In this document: in pieces, positions 49,156 to 60,042 of the stretch
Numbering within the stretch: position 1 is the first letter of the stretch
Layout: every line of letters begins with the position of its first letter
Notes under the pieces: generated by a model
The model's database searches: none
What the model was told of the DNA's origin: nothing
The model's input: only the letters and a program-made list of their open reading frames with translations
Assembly: GCA_963780105.1 (NCBI GenBank)
Contig: CAWABC010000055.1
Coordinates: 3,015-67,014 of the forward strand
DNA: 64,000 bases
Direction: 5' to 3'
From: an uncultured Acidobacteriaceae bacterium
GTDB taxonomy: Bacteria > Acidobacteriota > Terriglobia > Terriglobales > Acidobacteriaceae
Made by a program: the position numbers and the translations under genes

Positions 49156-50173
49156 ATGGCTCAGTCCAGGTTCGTTGCCGTTGCCTCCGCCTTCGCTGCG
49201 GTTCTTCTCTTCAGCTCGTGTCTCGCCGCCGCAGAATCGGTGGATGTAAAGCGCACCGATCATCAAATCGCCGTCGTCATCGGAGGCAAGCCCTTCACGA
49301 CCTTTTATTTCGATCCCAAGGTTCCCAAACCCTACATATCGCCGCTGCGCAGCGCGGAAGGGATCGTGGTGACGCGTGGCTTTCCCATGCGCAAGGACAT
49401 TCCCGGCGAGAGCACGGACCACCCACATCATCGCGCGATGTACTTCGCCCACGGGGACGTCAACGGCGTGGATTTCTGGAGCGAGGCGGAGTTTGAGGAG
49501 AAGGCCCCCGTCGAGGTTGGCGGCAAGACCTATCAAGCGTCCGAGCATCTGCCCACGGGCGGACGGTGTTCACCGAAGCTCGGAGGACACGCACAGCGGC
49601 GCGGATTCCGGAAGTCTGCGCGCCGACTTCAACCTGGTCGGCCCGGACGGCAAGATCATCGCGGAGGAGACGCAAGGCTACACGTTTCGCGGCGACGCCA
49701 CGACGCGCACCATCGATTGCGAGTTCACCATCCACGCGCTCGGCACGCCGGTGAAGATGGGCGACACGAAGGAAGGAACGTTCGCCATTCGCGTGGTCAA
49801 AGCGCTGGAAGACACGTCCGGAATGAAGATGACCGACTCCGAGGGCCGCGTGGGCGAGAAACAGATCTGGGGGAAGCGCGCCAGTTGGGTCGATTACTCC
49901 GGCACCGTCCGGGGCAAAAAGCTCGGCATCACGATCTTCGATAATCCGTCAAACCCCAAGCATCCCACTTACTGGCACGCGCGTGGTTACGGGCTGTTCG
50001 CCGTCAATCCCTTCGGCGAGCACGATTTCTACAACGACCCGAAACGCGACGGCAGCATCACCATCCCGCCCGGCGGAAATCTGACTTTCCACTATCGCGT
50101 GCTCATCCACGACGGCGACGCCAGCCAGGCGAAGGTCGCCGAAGCCTATGCCGACTACGCGGCTGGGAAGTAG
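49156..50173 (+). pseudogene. PmoA-family (DUF6807-like) secreted protein, one +1 disruption near 49561
   Basis: Frame of ORF 49114..49944 to ...YQASEHLPTG, then frame of ORF 49376..50173 from DGVHRSSEDTHSGADSGSLRADFNLVGPDGKII... Also DHPHHRAMYFAHGDVNGVDFW, GDTKEGTFAIRV and WGKRASWVDYSG. Confidence 0.65.
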
Positions 50174-50247
50174 CCTCAATCCTCGCCCGCGAGCCCCAAG
50201 CACGTCGCATGTGCAGCTCTGCCGCACGTGCTGCACGGATTGGAGTC

Positions 50248-50266
50248 ATTTCGCGCAGCGCGAAAT
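50248..50266. repeat. perfect 19-bp palindrome ATTTCGCG-CAG-CGCGAAAT in the 485-bp gap upstream of the hdr cluster
   Basis: Read directly from the sequence. Confidence 0.8.
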
Positions 50267-50658
50267 CGCATCCTTCCCAGCGAATGCGCCCGGGCCAAGC
50301 CTCGCGGTCCTTGCGAACCCCCAAGCGCTCGAAATCAAGCCGCCGCAGAATTCAACAAGATTTGTCGGCAGCTGTCGCGAGTCTCAACAGTCTCGGGGCA
50401 TGCACGAGTACAGAAATACTCAGAACCCGATGCCTTGCTCGTCCACGACTGGGCATAGCTCCGGGCGTGTTGTGCTGGCGCTCGGCAAGCTTTCAAGCGC
50501 GAATGATGGCCCGCGCCGTGCTGTTTGCCCGTCATGAGGAAGTGTCCCAAAGCGGGGGGCAGGATGTCCGAGTTGCCCCGTGCTCGGGGATGGCTTCCAG
50601 CACTCTTACGAGTGATCGTCATTCCTGGGAATGCCGCAGGAAGAGGGGAGGCAAAGGG

Positions 50659-51337
50659 ATGGCGCGGCCCGCTTTTTTCCAGAAGGTCAAGTACGAAAAA
50701 GAGCTGAAGACGTGATCTTGCCGCCGAGGTCGTCGCCACGCCCGGCGGCGAGAAGATCTTTTCCTGTCTGCAGTGCGGGACGTGCGGCAGCGCCTGCCCG
50801 CTCTCCGTGTACATGGATTACACGCCGCGGAGACTGATCGGCATGGTCCGCGAGGGCTTCAAAGAGGAAGTCGTCACCAGTTTCGCCATCTGGTCTGTGC
50901 GCTCCTGCTACGAGTGCACGGTGCGCTGCCCGGCGGGCATCAAGGTCACCGACGTCATGTATGCGCTCAAGCGGATCGCCATTCGCGAGGGGATTTACCC
51001 GCGTCATTTTCCGGTGCCGGTGCTGGCCAAGGAATTCATGGAAATGCTGAAAGGTACGGGCCGCAACAACGAGTTCTGGCTCGTCCTGAAAGTGTTGCTG
51101 AAGACCGCGCCGATGAAGTTGCTGACCTCGTGGCCGCTGGGACTGCGGCTGTGGCGGCGAGGCCGCATGTGCCTGACATCCAGCCGGATTCCCAGGGCGG
51201 CGAACGAGGATTTGCTCCGCATTCTGGACTCCATGGAGTCGAGCGGCTCCGCGAAGCGCGAAGTGATCGCCCCGGTGGCACCTTCCGCCTCCGGGGAACA
51301 ACAGGCAACCTGCTGCCCACCGGCCAAGGCTGCCTGA
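50659..51337 (+). pseudogene. hdrC: HdrC-like 4Fe-4S dicluster protein, one +1 disruption near 50713
   Basis: MARPAFFQKVKYEKELKT (the last 18 codons of ORF 50209..50715) joins DLAAEVVATPGGEKIFSCLQCGTCGSACP...SCYECTVRCPAGIKVTDVMYALKR (frame of ORF 50807..51337, read from 50716). Confidence 0.7.
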
Positions 51338-51362
51338 ACGACGGCGAGGGAGGGTCCCGACT

Positions 51363-52256
51363 ATGGCTTACACGTACTTTCCCGGCTGTTGCATGCATGG
51401 CTTCGCGCGCCACTGCCAGGACTCGCTCTATGCGGTGTTCGAGGCGCTGGGTCTGGAACTTCGGGAATTGCAAGGATTGGAATTGCTGCGGAGCCACCAC
51501 CTACATCTCGGTGGATGAATATCAGGCGTTTGCGCTTGGAGCGCGCAATCTGGCCATGGCCGAAAAGGCAGGACTGGAATTCGTGGCCCCTTGCACGGCC
51601 TGCTACATGATTCTCAAGAAGACCAAGGATTATCTGGCTCGCTACGCGGATCTGCGCGAGAAGATCGACACGGCGCTGGCCACCATAGGGCTCCACTACG
51701 AGGGCAAAATCGAAATCCTGCACCCCCTCGAGATCATTCTGCGTGATGTGGGCGTGAAAGGCCTGAAGGCCAAAGTCAAGAGACCGCTCCGGGGCTGGAA
51801 CGTCGCGCCTTATTACGGCTGCCTGATCGCACGTCCCTACGCTTTGAGCGAGGGGTTCTCACTCGAAGCCTTCGATGCGTTCATCCCGGCGTTGGGCGCG
51901 AACCTGGTGGACTTCGAGCTGAAGGCCCGCTGCTGTGGCGGCTCGCTCACGGGCACCATTGAAGAGGTTGGCCATCGGCTGGTTTACATCCTGCTCAGCC
52001 AAGCCAAGCTCGCCAGGGCGCACTGCTCTGGTTACCGTCTGCCCGCTCTGCCAGCTCAATCTGGAAGCGCATCAGGGCAAGATCAAGCGCCAGTATCACG
52101 ATGACGTCACGATTCCGATTCCGTACTTCACGCAGCTGATCGGCATGGCGCTGGGGCTATCCGGAAAAAGCCCTGGGGCTCGAGAAGCTGCTCGTGCCAC
52201 TCGACTGGGAGGTAGGGGAAAAGGCTCTTGCGGCGCGCGAGCCCGCGGCGGCCTGA
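51363..52256 (+). pseudogene. hdrB: HdrB-like protein with two CCG domains; +1 disruptions near 51469, 52015, 52160
   Basis: MAYTYFPGCCMHG...ELQ | DWNCCGATTYISVDEY...APYYGCLIARP...KARCCGGSL... | ALVTVCPLCQLNLEAHQ...IPYFTQLIGMALGL | PEKALGLEKLLVPLDWEVGEKALAAREPAAA*. GAGGGAGG lies upstream of the ATG. Confidence 0.75.
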
Positions 52257-52284
52257 GGGCCGGGGCCGTGGAAAGGAGTTGACG

Positions 52285-53494
52285 ATGGGCACAGCTCCGT
52301 ATCCGGGGACGCCCGAAGCCACGGCGGTTTTCCCCGAGATCGCCAATCTCGCCGGACCTCTTTCGCACTTGCATCCAGTGTGGGGTGTGCAGCGGATCGT
52401 GTCCGATGGGCGAGGCGATGGATTTCTCACCGCGCAAAGCGGTGAAGATGTTTCTGACGGCCGGGTTGAGGAGGTCGTGGACAGCAACACCCCGTGGCTC
52501 TGTGTTTCGTGCCACACCTGCGCGGTGCGATGCCCCAGTCAACTGCTTATTTCCGATGGGCTTGTTCCCCGCTCTGCGTCCGCGGTGATGGCGGAGGGCA
52601 AGGACGCTCGAGCAGGATCTGCAGAAGGCTCTCCAGAACACTTACCTCTACGGCAATCCGATGGGGATACTCGCCGCAAGCAAGCGGACGGAGTGGACCA
52701 AGACGGCCGGAGTGCCCGTCCCCATCATCTCGCAACTGAAGCGGCCGGTGGATGTCCTTTGGATCGTGGAGTGTTACCCCTCCTTCGAGCCGCGCGGACC
52801 AGGAGATCTCCCGCAACTGCTGGCGCGCATTCTGAACGCGCTGGGCGTGGACTTCGCCATTCTTGGGCACGAGGAGCGATGCCTGGGCGACTGCGAGTGG
52901 CTGGCCGGGGAGCGCGGCCTCTTCGAGATGCTCATTGAGCGAAACATCGAGATCCTGAAGAAGTACCAGTTCAAAGAAATTCTCATGACGGACCCGCACT
53001 CTTACCGCACGCTGTTGAATATCTACCCGAAGCTGGGCGGCAAGTTCGTGGTGAAGCACTTCACGGCCTTTCTGGCCGAGCGGCTCGAGCAGCTCAAGCC
53101 TCTTCTCAAGAAACGGGTCAACGGCACGGTGACCTATCACGATTCCTGCTGCGTGGGGAGGAAGACGGGCCATTACGACGAACCGCGCGCCGTGCTCCAG
53201 GCGATCCCCGGTTTGAAACTCGTCGAGATGATTCAGAACCGGGAGTCGAGCCTGTGCTGCGGCGGCGGTGCCAGCACGATCTATCTCGACCGTTACATCC
53301 AGGAGCGCGTCAAGGATCGCCTGGCGGACCGGCGGGTGATGCAGGCAGCGGCGACGGGCGCGGAGACACTTGCGGTAGCGTGCCCCTTCGAGACCGCGCG
53401 CTTCGAAGACGCCGTCAAGCTGACCGGGAACGAGGAAAAGCTCGTCGTTCGCGACATCATCGAACTGTTGGCCGAGTCCATGGAAGTCGCCTGA
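52285..53494 (+). pseudogene. soluble HdrD/GlpC-like fusion (4Fe-4S dicluster + CCG domains); disruptions near 52352 (+1), 52465 (-1), 52601 (+1), possibly a compensated pair near 52545/52580
   Basis: MGTAPYPGTPEATAVFPEIANLA | PDLFRTCIQCGVCSGSCPMGEAMDFSPRKAVKMFLTAG | EEVVDSNTPWLCVSCHTCAVRCPSQ ... AVMAEGK | TLEQDLQKALQNTYLYGNPMG...TYHDSCCVGRK...SSLCCGGG...ACPFETARFEDA (ORF 52661..53494). GGAAAGGAG RBS. Confidence 0.7.
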
Positions 53495-53508
53495 GGGAGG
53501 ACGGGGCC

Positions 53509-54279
53509 ATGAATATCGCGGTGCTGACCAAGCAGGTTCCCGACCTTGTCGAGGGTGTGGAGATCGATTCCACCGGCAAGGCCGTCGATCCCGATTCCAT
53601 TCGCTACATCCTCAGCGAATCGGACGACCACGCCCTCGAAGAAGCCGTACTCATCAAGGAGCGGACGCAGGCCCGCGTAGAAGTGTTCTCCCTCGATACC
53701 GGTGAGGTGCGCGACACGCTGTGCACGGCGCTCGCCAAGGGGGCTGACCGCGTCGTCCTGATCCGCACGGGGCTGGAGACCCCGCCGAGCAATCACACCG
53801 TGGCGAAAATCTTCGCCTCCGTGCTCCAGGGACTTTCCTTCGACCTGATCTTGACCGGAGTCCGCGCCATCGATGACCTGGACGGCTCGCTCGGCGGGCT
53901 GCTCGCCGGATATCTCAACCTGCCTTACGTCGGCTTGGTGCGCAAGATTGAAATGGCGGACGGCACATCGATGGCGGTCGTCCAGAAGGAATACCCGGGC
54001 GGCTACGCGGCGGAACTGGAAGTGAAGCTCCCGGCAGTGCTGGGCATCCAGGCGGCAGAGCAGCCGCCGCGCTACGTCCCCGTCAGCCGTCTGCGCCAGG
54101 TGATGAAGACGGCAAACATCGAGGAGAAGGAAACCACCGCGCCCGAGCCGGAATCTGTCGCCGTCGAGCGCATGTTCAAGCCCGAGGAAGGCATGGGAGC
54201 CACGATGTTCTCCGGGACCCCCGAAGAGATCGCCAGCCAGATCGTCGGCCTGTTCTCAGAACGACGGCTCGTGAGGTGA
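53509..54279 (+). CDS. etfB: electron transfer flavoprotein beta subunit (intact)
   Basis: MNIAVLTKQVPDLVEGVEIDSTGKAVDPDSIRYILSESDDHALEEAVLIKER...DLILTGVRAIDDLDG. GGGAGGA RBS. Confidence 0.9.
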   Translation: MNIAVLTKQVPDLVEGVEIDSTGKAVDPDSIRYILSESDDHALEEAVLIKERTQARVEVFSLDTGEVRDTLCTALAKGADRVVLIRTGLETPPSNHTVAKIFASVLQGLSFDLILTGVRAIDDLDGSLGGLLAGYLNLPYVGLVRKIEMADGTSMAVVQKEYPGGYAAELEVKLPAVLGIQAAEQPPRYVPVSRLRQVMKTANIEEKETTAPEPESVAVERMFKPEEGMGATMFSGTPEEIASQIVGLFSERRLVR

Positions 54280-54282
54280 CGT

Positions 54283-55269
54283 ATGGGCAAGGACATTTGG
54301 GTTGTCGCCGAGCACTTCCAGGGACGCCTGAACGACATCACCCTGGAGCTGGTTGCGAAAGGGCGCGAGCTGGCTCAGGCCACGGAGTCGAAACTCGCTG
54401 TGGTCTTGCTGGGCAGCAAGGTGAAGGGCCTGGCGAGTGAGCTCGCCGCGGATATCGTTTACCTCGCGGATCGCCCGGAGTTCCTCGAGTTTACCCCGGA
54501 GGCTTACGGTGCGGCGCTAGAGGCCGCATTAAAGGATGTCCAACCGCGTGCGGTTCTGCTGGGCAGCACCTCGGTGGGACTTGACCTGCTCAGCATGCTT
54601 TCGGCACGGACGGGCATTCCCTGCATTGACAACTGCACACGCCTGGAAGTCCGTGGTGGCCACTTCTTCGCCACCAGCCAGATCTATGGCGGAAAGCTCT
54701 CGGCCGAAGTGGCGGTGCCGGAAGCGACAGCTCTTATCGCCGTGGTTCCCGGTTCGTTCCCCAAGCCTGAGACCGCGGCGGCCGGGCGGCCGGAGGTTCA
54801 GGACATCCCGCTGCCGGCGACACTCCCCGAACTGCGGGTCAAGTTCCGCAAACTGATCGAACCACCTCCCGGCGACGTGGACATCACTCTAGCACCCGTG
54901 CTGGTCGCCGTTGGCCGGGGCATTCAGAACGCCGACAACCTGCCCATGGCCGAGGAGCTGGCTGAAGCGTTGGGTGGCGCGGTCTGTGCCTCGCGTCCCG
55001 TCATCGATCAGGGGTGGCTGCCGCTCACCCGCCAAGTCGGCAAATCGGGCATGACCGTCAAGCCGAAGCTCTATCTTGCCTTCGGCATCAGCGGCGCTCC
55101 GGAACACTTGGAGGGCATGAAGAATTCCGAGTTGATTGTCGCCGTCAACACCGACCCGAGTGCGCCAATCTTCGCCGGCGCGCACTATGGCGCGGTCGTC
55201 GACGCGCTCGATCTCCTGCCCTTGCTGACCGAGGAGGTCCGCAAGGAGAACATGAAGAAGGCAAGCTGA
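54283..55269 (+). CDS. etfA: electron transfer flavoprotein alpha subunit (intact)
   Basis: 328 aa. ...LVAVGRGI...AEALGGAVCASRPVIDQGWLPLTRQVGKSGMTVKPKLYLAFGISGAPEHLEGMKNSELIVAVNTDPSAPIF is the FAD-binding signature. Confidence 0.9.
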   Translation: MGKDIWVVAEHFQGRLNDITLELVAKGRELAQATESKLAVVLLGSKVKGLASELAADIVYLADRPEFLEFTPEAYGAALEAALKDVQPRAVLLGSTSVGLDLLSMLSARTGIPCIDNCTRLEVRGGHFFATSQIYGGKLSAEVAVPEATALIAVVPGSFPKPETAAAGRPEVQDIPLPATLPELRVKFRKLIEPPPGDVDITLAPVLVAVGRGIQNADNLPMAEELAEALGGAVCASRPVIDQGWLPLTRQVGKSGMTVKPKLYLAFGISGAPEHLEGMKNSELIVAVNTDPSAPIFAGAHYGAVVDALDLLPLLTEEVRKENMKKAS

Positions 55270-57323
55270 TGATCCCGACCACCGCGAAACTCGGGCCGAT
55301 TCCCGCGTGGGTGCTCCTTTGGGCGGTTTTTCTCACCGCGCTCGGACTCTTTGCGTGGCGGGTGGTCTTCCTGATCCGGCTGCTTCGCCTCGGCCGGCGG
55401 GACAGGCGCTGGGACCAGATCCCCCGGAGGATCAGGAAGGTTCTCATCTACGTCCTCGGCCAGCGTCGCTTGCTCGATGAGCCGCTGGTGGGCATTCCCC
55501 ACGTTCTCATCTTCTACGGCTTTCTGGTCTTCGTGATGGCCACCAGCGGAATGCTGCTCCAAGGACTTTTCCCCGGCGTTCATATCCCCGGCGTGGAAGA
55601 GAATCGTTATCTCGCTCCAGTTGTGGATATCTTCGCCGTGGTGGTGCTGGGAGGCTTGGCTGTTTCTTCCTTCCGACGCTTCGTGATCCGCCCGGCGGGC
55701 CTGCAACTGACTTGGGACGCGACTTTCGTGAACATCCTGATCGCGTCGCTCATGGTGACGTATCTCGCCGCGGAGGGGTTCGGCCTCGTGGCGTGGCCGG
55801 GGGAACACGCGGTGTGGCTCCCCTTCGGCTCCGGCCTGGCGGCTTGGTTCGGGCGCTCGGCAACACTGCACGCGAGTGCCCCTGCGCTCTACCAAGGTTT
55901 CTGGTGGGCGCATTTGAGCATCGTGCTGTTCTTCCTGGCTTACCTCCCTTACTCGAAGCATATGCACCTGATGGCTGCGCCCTTCAGCGTGTTTTTCAGC
56001 CGGCTCGACCCTCCGGGACGCCTGCCTACTCCCCTGCCGGAAGCCAGCAGTCTGGGCGCCGAGCGCCTCGAGGAGTTCACTTGGCGACAACTGCTCTCTG
56101 CTTTCGCCTGCGCGGAGTGCGGGCGTTGCGAACGCGCCTGCCCGAGCTTCCAGGTCGGCGAACCCTGCTCACCGCGTGAACTCGTCCACAACCTCAAGCT
56201 GCAGTTGCTCCAGCACGGCCCCGCGCTACTTAAGAAGATGGAATCCGCGAGCAACGTCGGGGAACCCACGTTGATTGGCGGCCTGATCGCACCCGAGGAA
56301 CTCTGGGGTTGCACGACCTGCCTTTCCTGCGTCGAGCACTGCCCCGTCCTGAACGAGCACCTCTCGATCATGGTGGACCTGCGCCGACGGCTGGTGGAGC
56401 GCGGGGAAGTGGACGCGCGTCTTCAGGAAGCGTTCAGCAACCTCCAGCGCTACGGCAATTCCTTCGGCCAGTCGGAGCGGAAGCGCGCGGTGTGGACGCA
56501 AGGGCTGGACTTCAAGCCGACGGACGCGCGTAAGCAGCCGGTCGAGTGGCTTTGGTTCCTGGGAGAGTACGCCTGCTACCACCCGGCACTTCAGGAAACT
56601 ACTCGCACGCTCGCCCGCGTGCTGCACGCGGCCGACGTGGATTACGGAATCCTCTACGAGGCGGAGCGCAACACCGGCAACGACGCGCGCCGCGCCGGCG
56701 AAGAGGGCTTGTTCGAGCTGCTGCGCGAGAAAAACATGGCGACGCTCCAGAAAGTCCAGCTTCAACAACTTGTTCTCCACCGATCCGCACGTCTTTAACA
56801 CGCTGAAGAATGAATATCCGGATCTCAATCACGGACGGCATCAGGTCCATCATTACACGGAGTTGCTGGCCGGGCTCTCTGGAGCGCGGGCGGCTCAAAG
56901 TCGCGCACAAGCTGCCCTACCGGGTGACCTATCACGACCCGTGCTACCTGGGCCGCTACAACGGCGTCTACGACGCCCCGCGCCAAGTGCTCAGGGCGTT
57001 GGGAGTGGACTTGAAGGAAATGCCGCGCTCGCGCCGCGACAGCTTCTGCTGCGGCGGAGGCGGCGGGCGCGTGTGGATGGAAGAAATCGGCGAGGCGCAC
57101 TCGCGCCCCGGCGAAAGCCGGGTGCGTGAGGCGGCCAGCGCTGCAGGGAGTCCAGATCCTGGTGGTGGCCTGTCCGAAGGATTACGTGATGTTCGCGGAC
57201 GCGCTCAAGACCACCGGCCTGGAAGGCCATTTGGTCGTCAAGGATTTGACCGAGTTGGTGGCGGAAGCCGTGGGGCTGACCGATCAGGCCGCAAAATCCG
57301 CCTCCGAGGCGAAGGCCGCATGA
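55269..57323 (+). pseudogene. membrane-anchored FeS oxidoreductase (N-terminal multi-TM domain fused to an HdrD-like dicluster + CCG domains; Etf-associated DUF224 type); +1 disruptions near 56760, 56878, 57140
   Basis: The ATG overlaps the etfA stop (TGATG). There are 5-6 TM helices ending in LPYSKHMHLMAAP. Then CAECGRCERACP and CTTCLSCVEHCP. The sequence continues | [39 protein letters not shown] | [35 protein letters not shown]...[16 protein letters not shown]...RVREAAS | [23 protein letters not shown]...*. Confidence 0.75.
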
Positions 57324-57327
57324 GCTT

Positions 57328-57463
57328 GTCACCCTGAGCGCCGCGAAGTCTCTGCAGTTGCTTGGGGGAGGACTAGAAGCAGGTTCTTCGCGGAGTTTAC
57401 CCTGAGCGGGAACCACAGATTCTTCGCTCCGCTCAGAATGACAAGCGAAGGGCTCAGAATGAC
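57328..57463. repeat. degenerate, nested copies of REP family 1 inside the cluster
   Basis: GTCACCCTGAGCGCCGCGAAG..., ...TTACCCTGAGCGGG...GCTCCGCTCAGAATGAC and AAGGGCTCAGAATGAC. These are related to the GTCATCCTGAGCGAAGCGAAGGACC arms of copies A and B. Confidence 0.6.
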
Positions 57464-57517
57464 AGTGAAGAAAGGGAAGAGCAGAGCGGGCTAACTGCAC
57501 GGAGAGAGGACACAGCC

Positions 57518-59515
57518 ATGAACGGCAACGGGAACCACAACGCGAGGATCGGAGTTTACGTTTGCCATTGCGGAACGAACATCGCCGGCAAGGTGGACGT
57601 GAAGGCCGTGGCGGAGGCGGCCGCCAAGCTTCCCGGCGTGGTCGTTTCGCGCGAGTACAAGTACATGTGCTCGGACCCGGGACAGGATCTCATCGTCAAG
57701 GACGTCAAGGAACACCAGCTGAATCGCGTGGTGGTAGCCTCCTGCTCGCCGCACCTGCACGAGCTGACGTTCCGCAAGACGACGGCGAATGCCGGGCATA
57801 AACCCTTACCTCTTCCACATGGTGAACATTCGCGAGCACGTCTCCTGGGTGAGCGACGACACGGTGGCGGCCACGAAGAAATCCAAGGCCCTGGTCAAGG
57901 CCGCGGTGACCCGCGCGTTCTGGCTTCAGGAACTGGAGCCTCGGCGCTTCCCGGTGAATCCCAACGTGCTCATCGTGGGCGGCGGGATCGCGGGCATCCA
58001 TGCCGCGCTGACCCTGGCCAACGCCGAGCAAGCAGGTTTACCTCGTCGAGCGCCAGCCGTCGATCGGCGGCCATATGGCGCAGTTCGACAAGACGTTTCC
58101 CACGCTCGACTGCGCGGCCTGCATCCTCACGCCCAAGATGACCGCCGTGAAGCAGCATCCCAACATCCATCTCATGACGCTCTCCGAGGTCAGCGAGGTG
58201 AGCGGCTTTGTGGGGAACTTCAAAGTCAAGGTGAAAAGATACCCGCGCTACATCGACGAGGCCAAATGCGTGGGCTGCGGCGAGTGCATCGAGATGTGCG
58301 TCTACAAGGAGGGAAAGTATCCGAACGAATTTGATCTGGGGCTGGGCAAACGCAAGCCCATTTACATGCCTTTCCCGCAGGCGGTGCCCCCCGTGCCGCT
58401 GATCGACCCCGCCACCTGCATCGAGTTCAAGTCGCACAAGTGCCCGAAGGGGTGCGTGGAGGTCTGCGGCGATCGCGATGCCATCGACTTCTCGCAGAAG
58501 GTGCAGGAGGTCGAATTGGAAGTCGGCACCATCATCATGGCGACCGGCTTCAAGACCTTCGATCCGCACCGCTTGCCGCAATACGGCTACGGGAAGTTTT
58601 CCAACGTTTACACGAGCCTGGAGGTCGAGCGCTTGGTCAATGCCTGCGGGCCCGACGCTCGGTCAGGTCGTGATGCGCGACGGCAAGAAGCCGCGAGTCC
58701 ATCGGCGTCCTGCACTGCATCGGCTCACGCGACGAGAACACCAACAAATACTGCTCGCGCGTCTGCTGCATGTATTCGCTGAAGCTCGCGCACCTGCTCA
58801 AGGAAAAGACCGGCGCGCACCTCTACAACTTCTATATCGACATGCGCACGCCCGGGAAAGGCTTCGAGGAATTCTACAAGCGCGTGCTCGAGGAAGGTGT
58901 TTCGATGATCCGCGGCAAGGTGGCGGAAGTGAGCGGCTGGGCGCAGTCGCCCGCGGAGGAAGGCAAGCTCGTCCTGCGCGTGGAAGACACGCTGCTCGGC
59001 GTCGTGCGGCGCATTCCGGTGGACATGGTGGTGCTCTCGGTCGCGCATGGAACCGCAGGCGGACGTCGCAGGAAGTGCGGCGCCTGTTCAACCTCGGCTG
59101 CTCGACCGAGGGGTGGTTCCTGGAGCGCCATCCCAAGCTCGCGCCCGTGGATACGTTCACGGACGGCATCTTCCTGGCCGGATGCAACCAGGGGCCCAAG
59201 GACATTCCCGACACGGTGGCCCAGGCGGGCGCCGCCGCGGCGCAGTGCATGGCGCTCATCGACAAGGGCTTCGTCGAAATGGAGCCCAACACCGCCTGGA
59301 TCGATGAGGAACTCTGCTCCGGCTGCCACGTCTGCGTCGCGATGTGCCCGTACACCGCCATTCATTTCGATAGCGAGAAGAAAGTCGCCGTTCTGAACGA
59401 AGCGCTCTGCAAAGGTTGCGGAACGTGCGTCGCCGCCTGCCCCTCGGGCGCCGCGCAGCAGAATCTCTTCCGGGATGAGCAGCTCTTCGCCGAAGTGGAA
59501 GGAGTGCTGGTATGA
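57518..59515 (+). pseudogene. hdrA: heterodisulfide reductase subunit A-like flavoprotein; six +1 disruptions near 57796, 58027, 58654, 58694, 59046, 59072
   Basis: [17 protein letters not shown]...[18 protein letters not shown]...NAG | [17 protein letters not shown]...[20 protein letters not shown] | [37 protein letters not shown]...CVGCGECIEMC...ERLVNACGP | TLGQVVMRDGKKP | ESIGVLHCIGSRDENTNKYCSRVCCMYSLK...VVLSVA | MEPQADVA | EVRRLFNLG...GIFLAGCNQGPKDIPDTVAQ...CSGCHVCVAMCPY...CKGCGTCVAACPSG. Confidence 0.85.
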
Positions 59516-59950
59516 ACACGAAATTCAACCCCTCCATCGTCGGTTTCTTCTGCAACTGGTGCACCTACCTCGCCGCCGATCTCGCGGGCACCTCGCGCAT
59601 GAAGTACGCGCCCAACGTGCGCGTCGTGCGCACCATGTGCTCGGGACGCGTGGACCCGCAGATGGTCCTGTGGGCCTTTCGCAACGGCGCCGACGGCGTG
59701 CTGATCGGCGGCTGCCATCCCGGCGATTGCCATTATCAGGAAGGAAACTACAAGGCGCTGCGGCGCACGCGCCTGCTCCGCAAGATGCTGCCGCAGTTCG
59801 GCATCGAGCCGGAGCGCCTGCGGCTGGAATGGATTTCCGCCTCCGAGGGCGAGCGCCTGCGCGACGTTGTCAATGAATTCACGGAGCAGATTCGCCGCCT
59901 CGGGCCGCTGCCGTGCGGAGCCGGCGAAGGAAGAGGCGATTGCCGCGTAA
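59512..59950 (+). pseudogene. mvhD: MvhD/FlpD-type hydrogenase delta subunit; probable +1 disruption near 59913
   Basis: ATGA overlap with the hdrA stop. IVGFFCNWCTYLAADLAG...RTMCSGRVDPQMVLWAFRNGADGVLIGGCHPGDCHY. The proposed end ...LGPLP | AEPAKEEAIAA* (stop 59948-59950) is less certain. As sequenced, the frame reads through into mvhG. Confidence 0.7.
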
Positions 59951-60042
59951 CGATTTCAGCCTGTAGCGGGGGTCTCCGACCGCCGCCACGGCCCGGCGCT
60001 CAGAGAGCGCCGCTACAGAGCAAGGGAAGGAGCCAAGGAACC

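Noticed and set aside
50209-50715. 168-aa ORF as a gene upstream of hdrC.
   Set aside because: Its composition is Arg/Ser/Ala-rich with no motif. Only its last 18 codons (from the ATG at 50659) make sense, as the true N-terminus of the HdrC-like protein.
52545-52580. A firm call of a compensated +1/-1 frameshift pair in the soluble HdrD-like gene.
   Set aside because: Both the straight frame (LLISDGLVPRSAS) and the shifted frame (VNCLFPMGLFPALR) give the right length between the RCP and EG anchors. The shifted one only looks slightly more HdrC-like, so this cannot be decided without homolog alignment.
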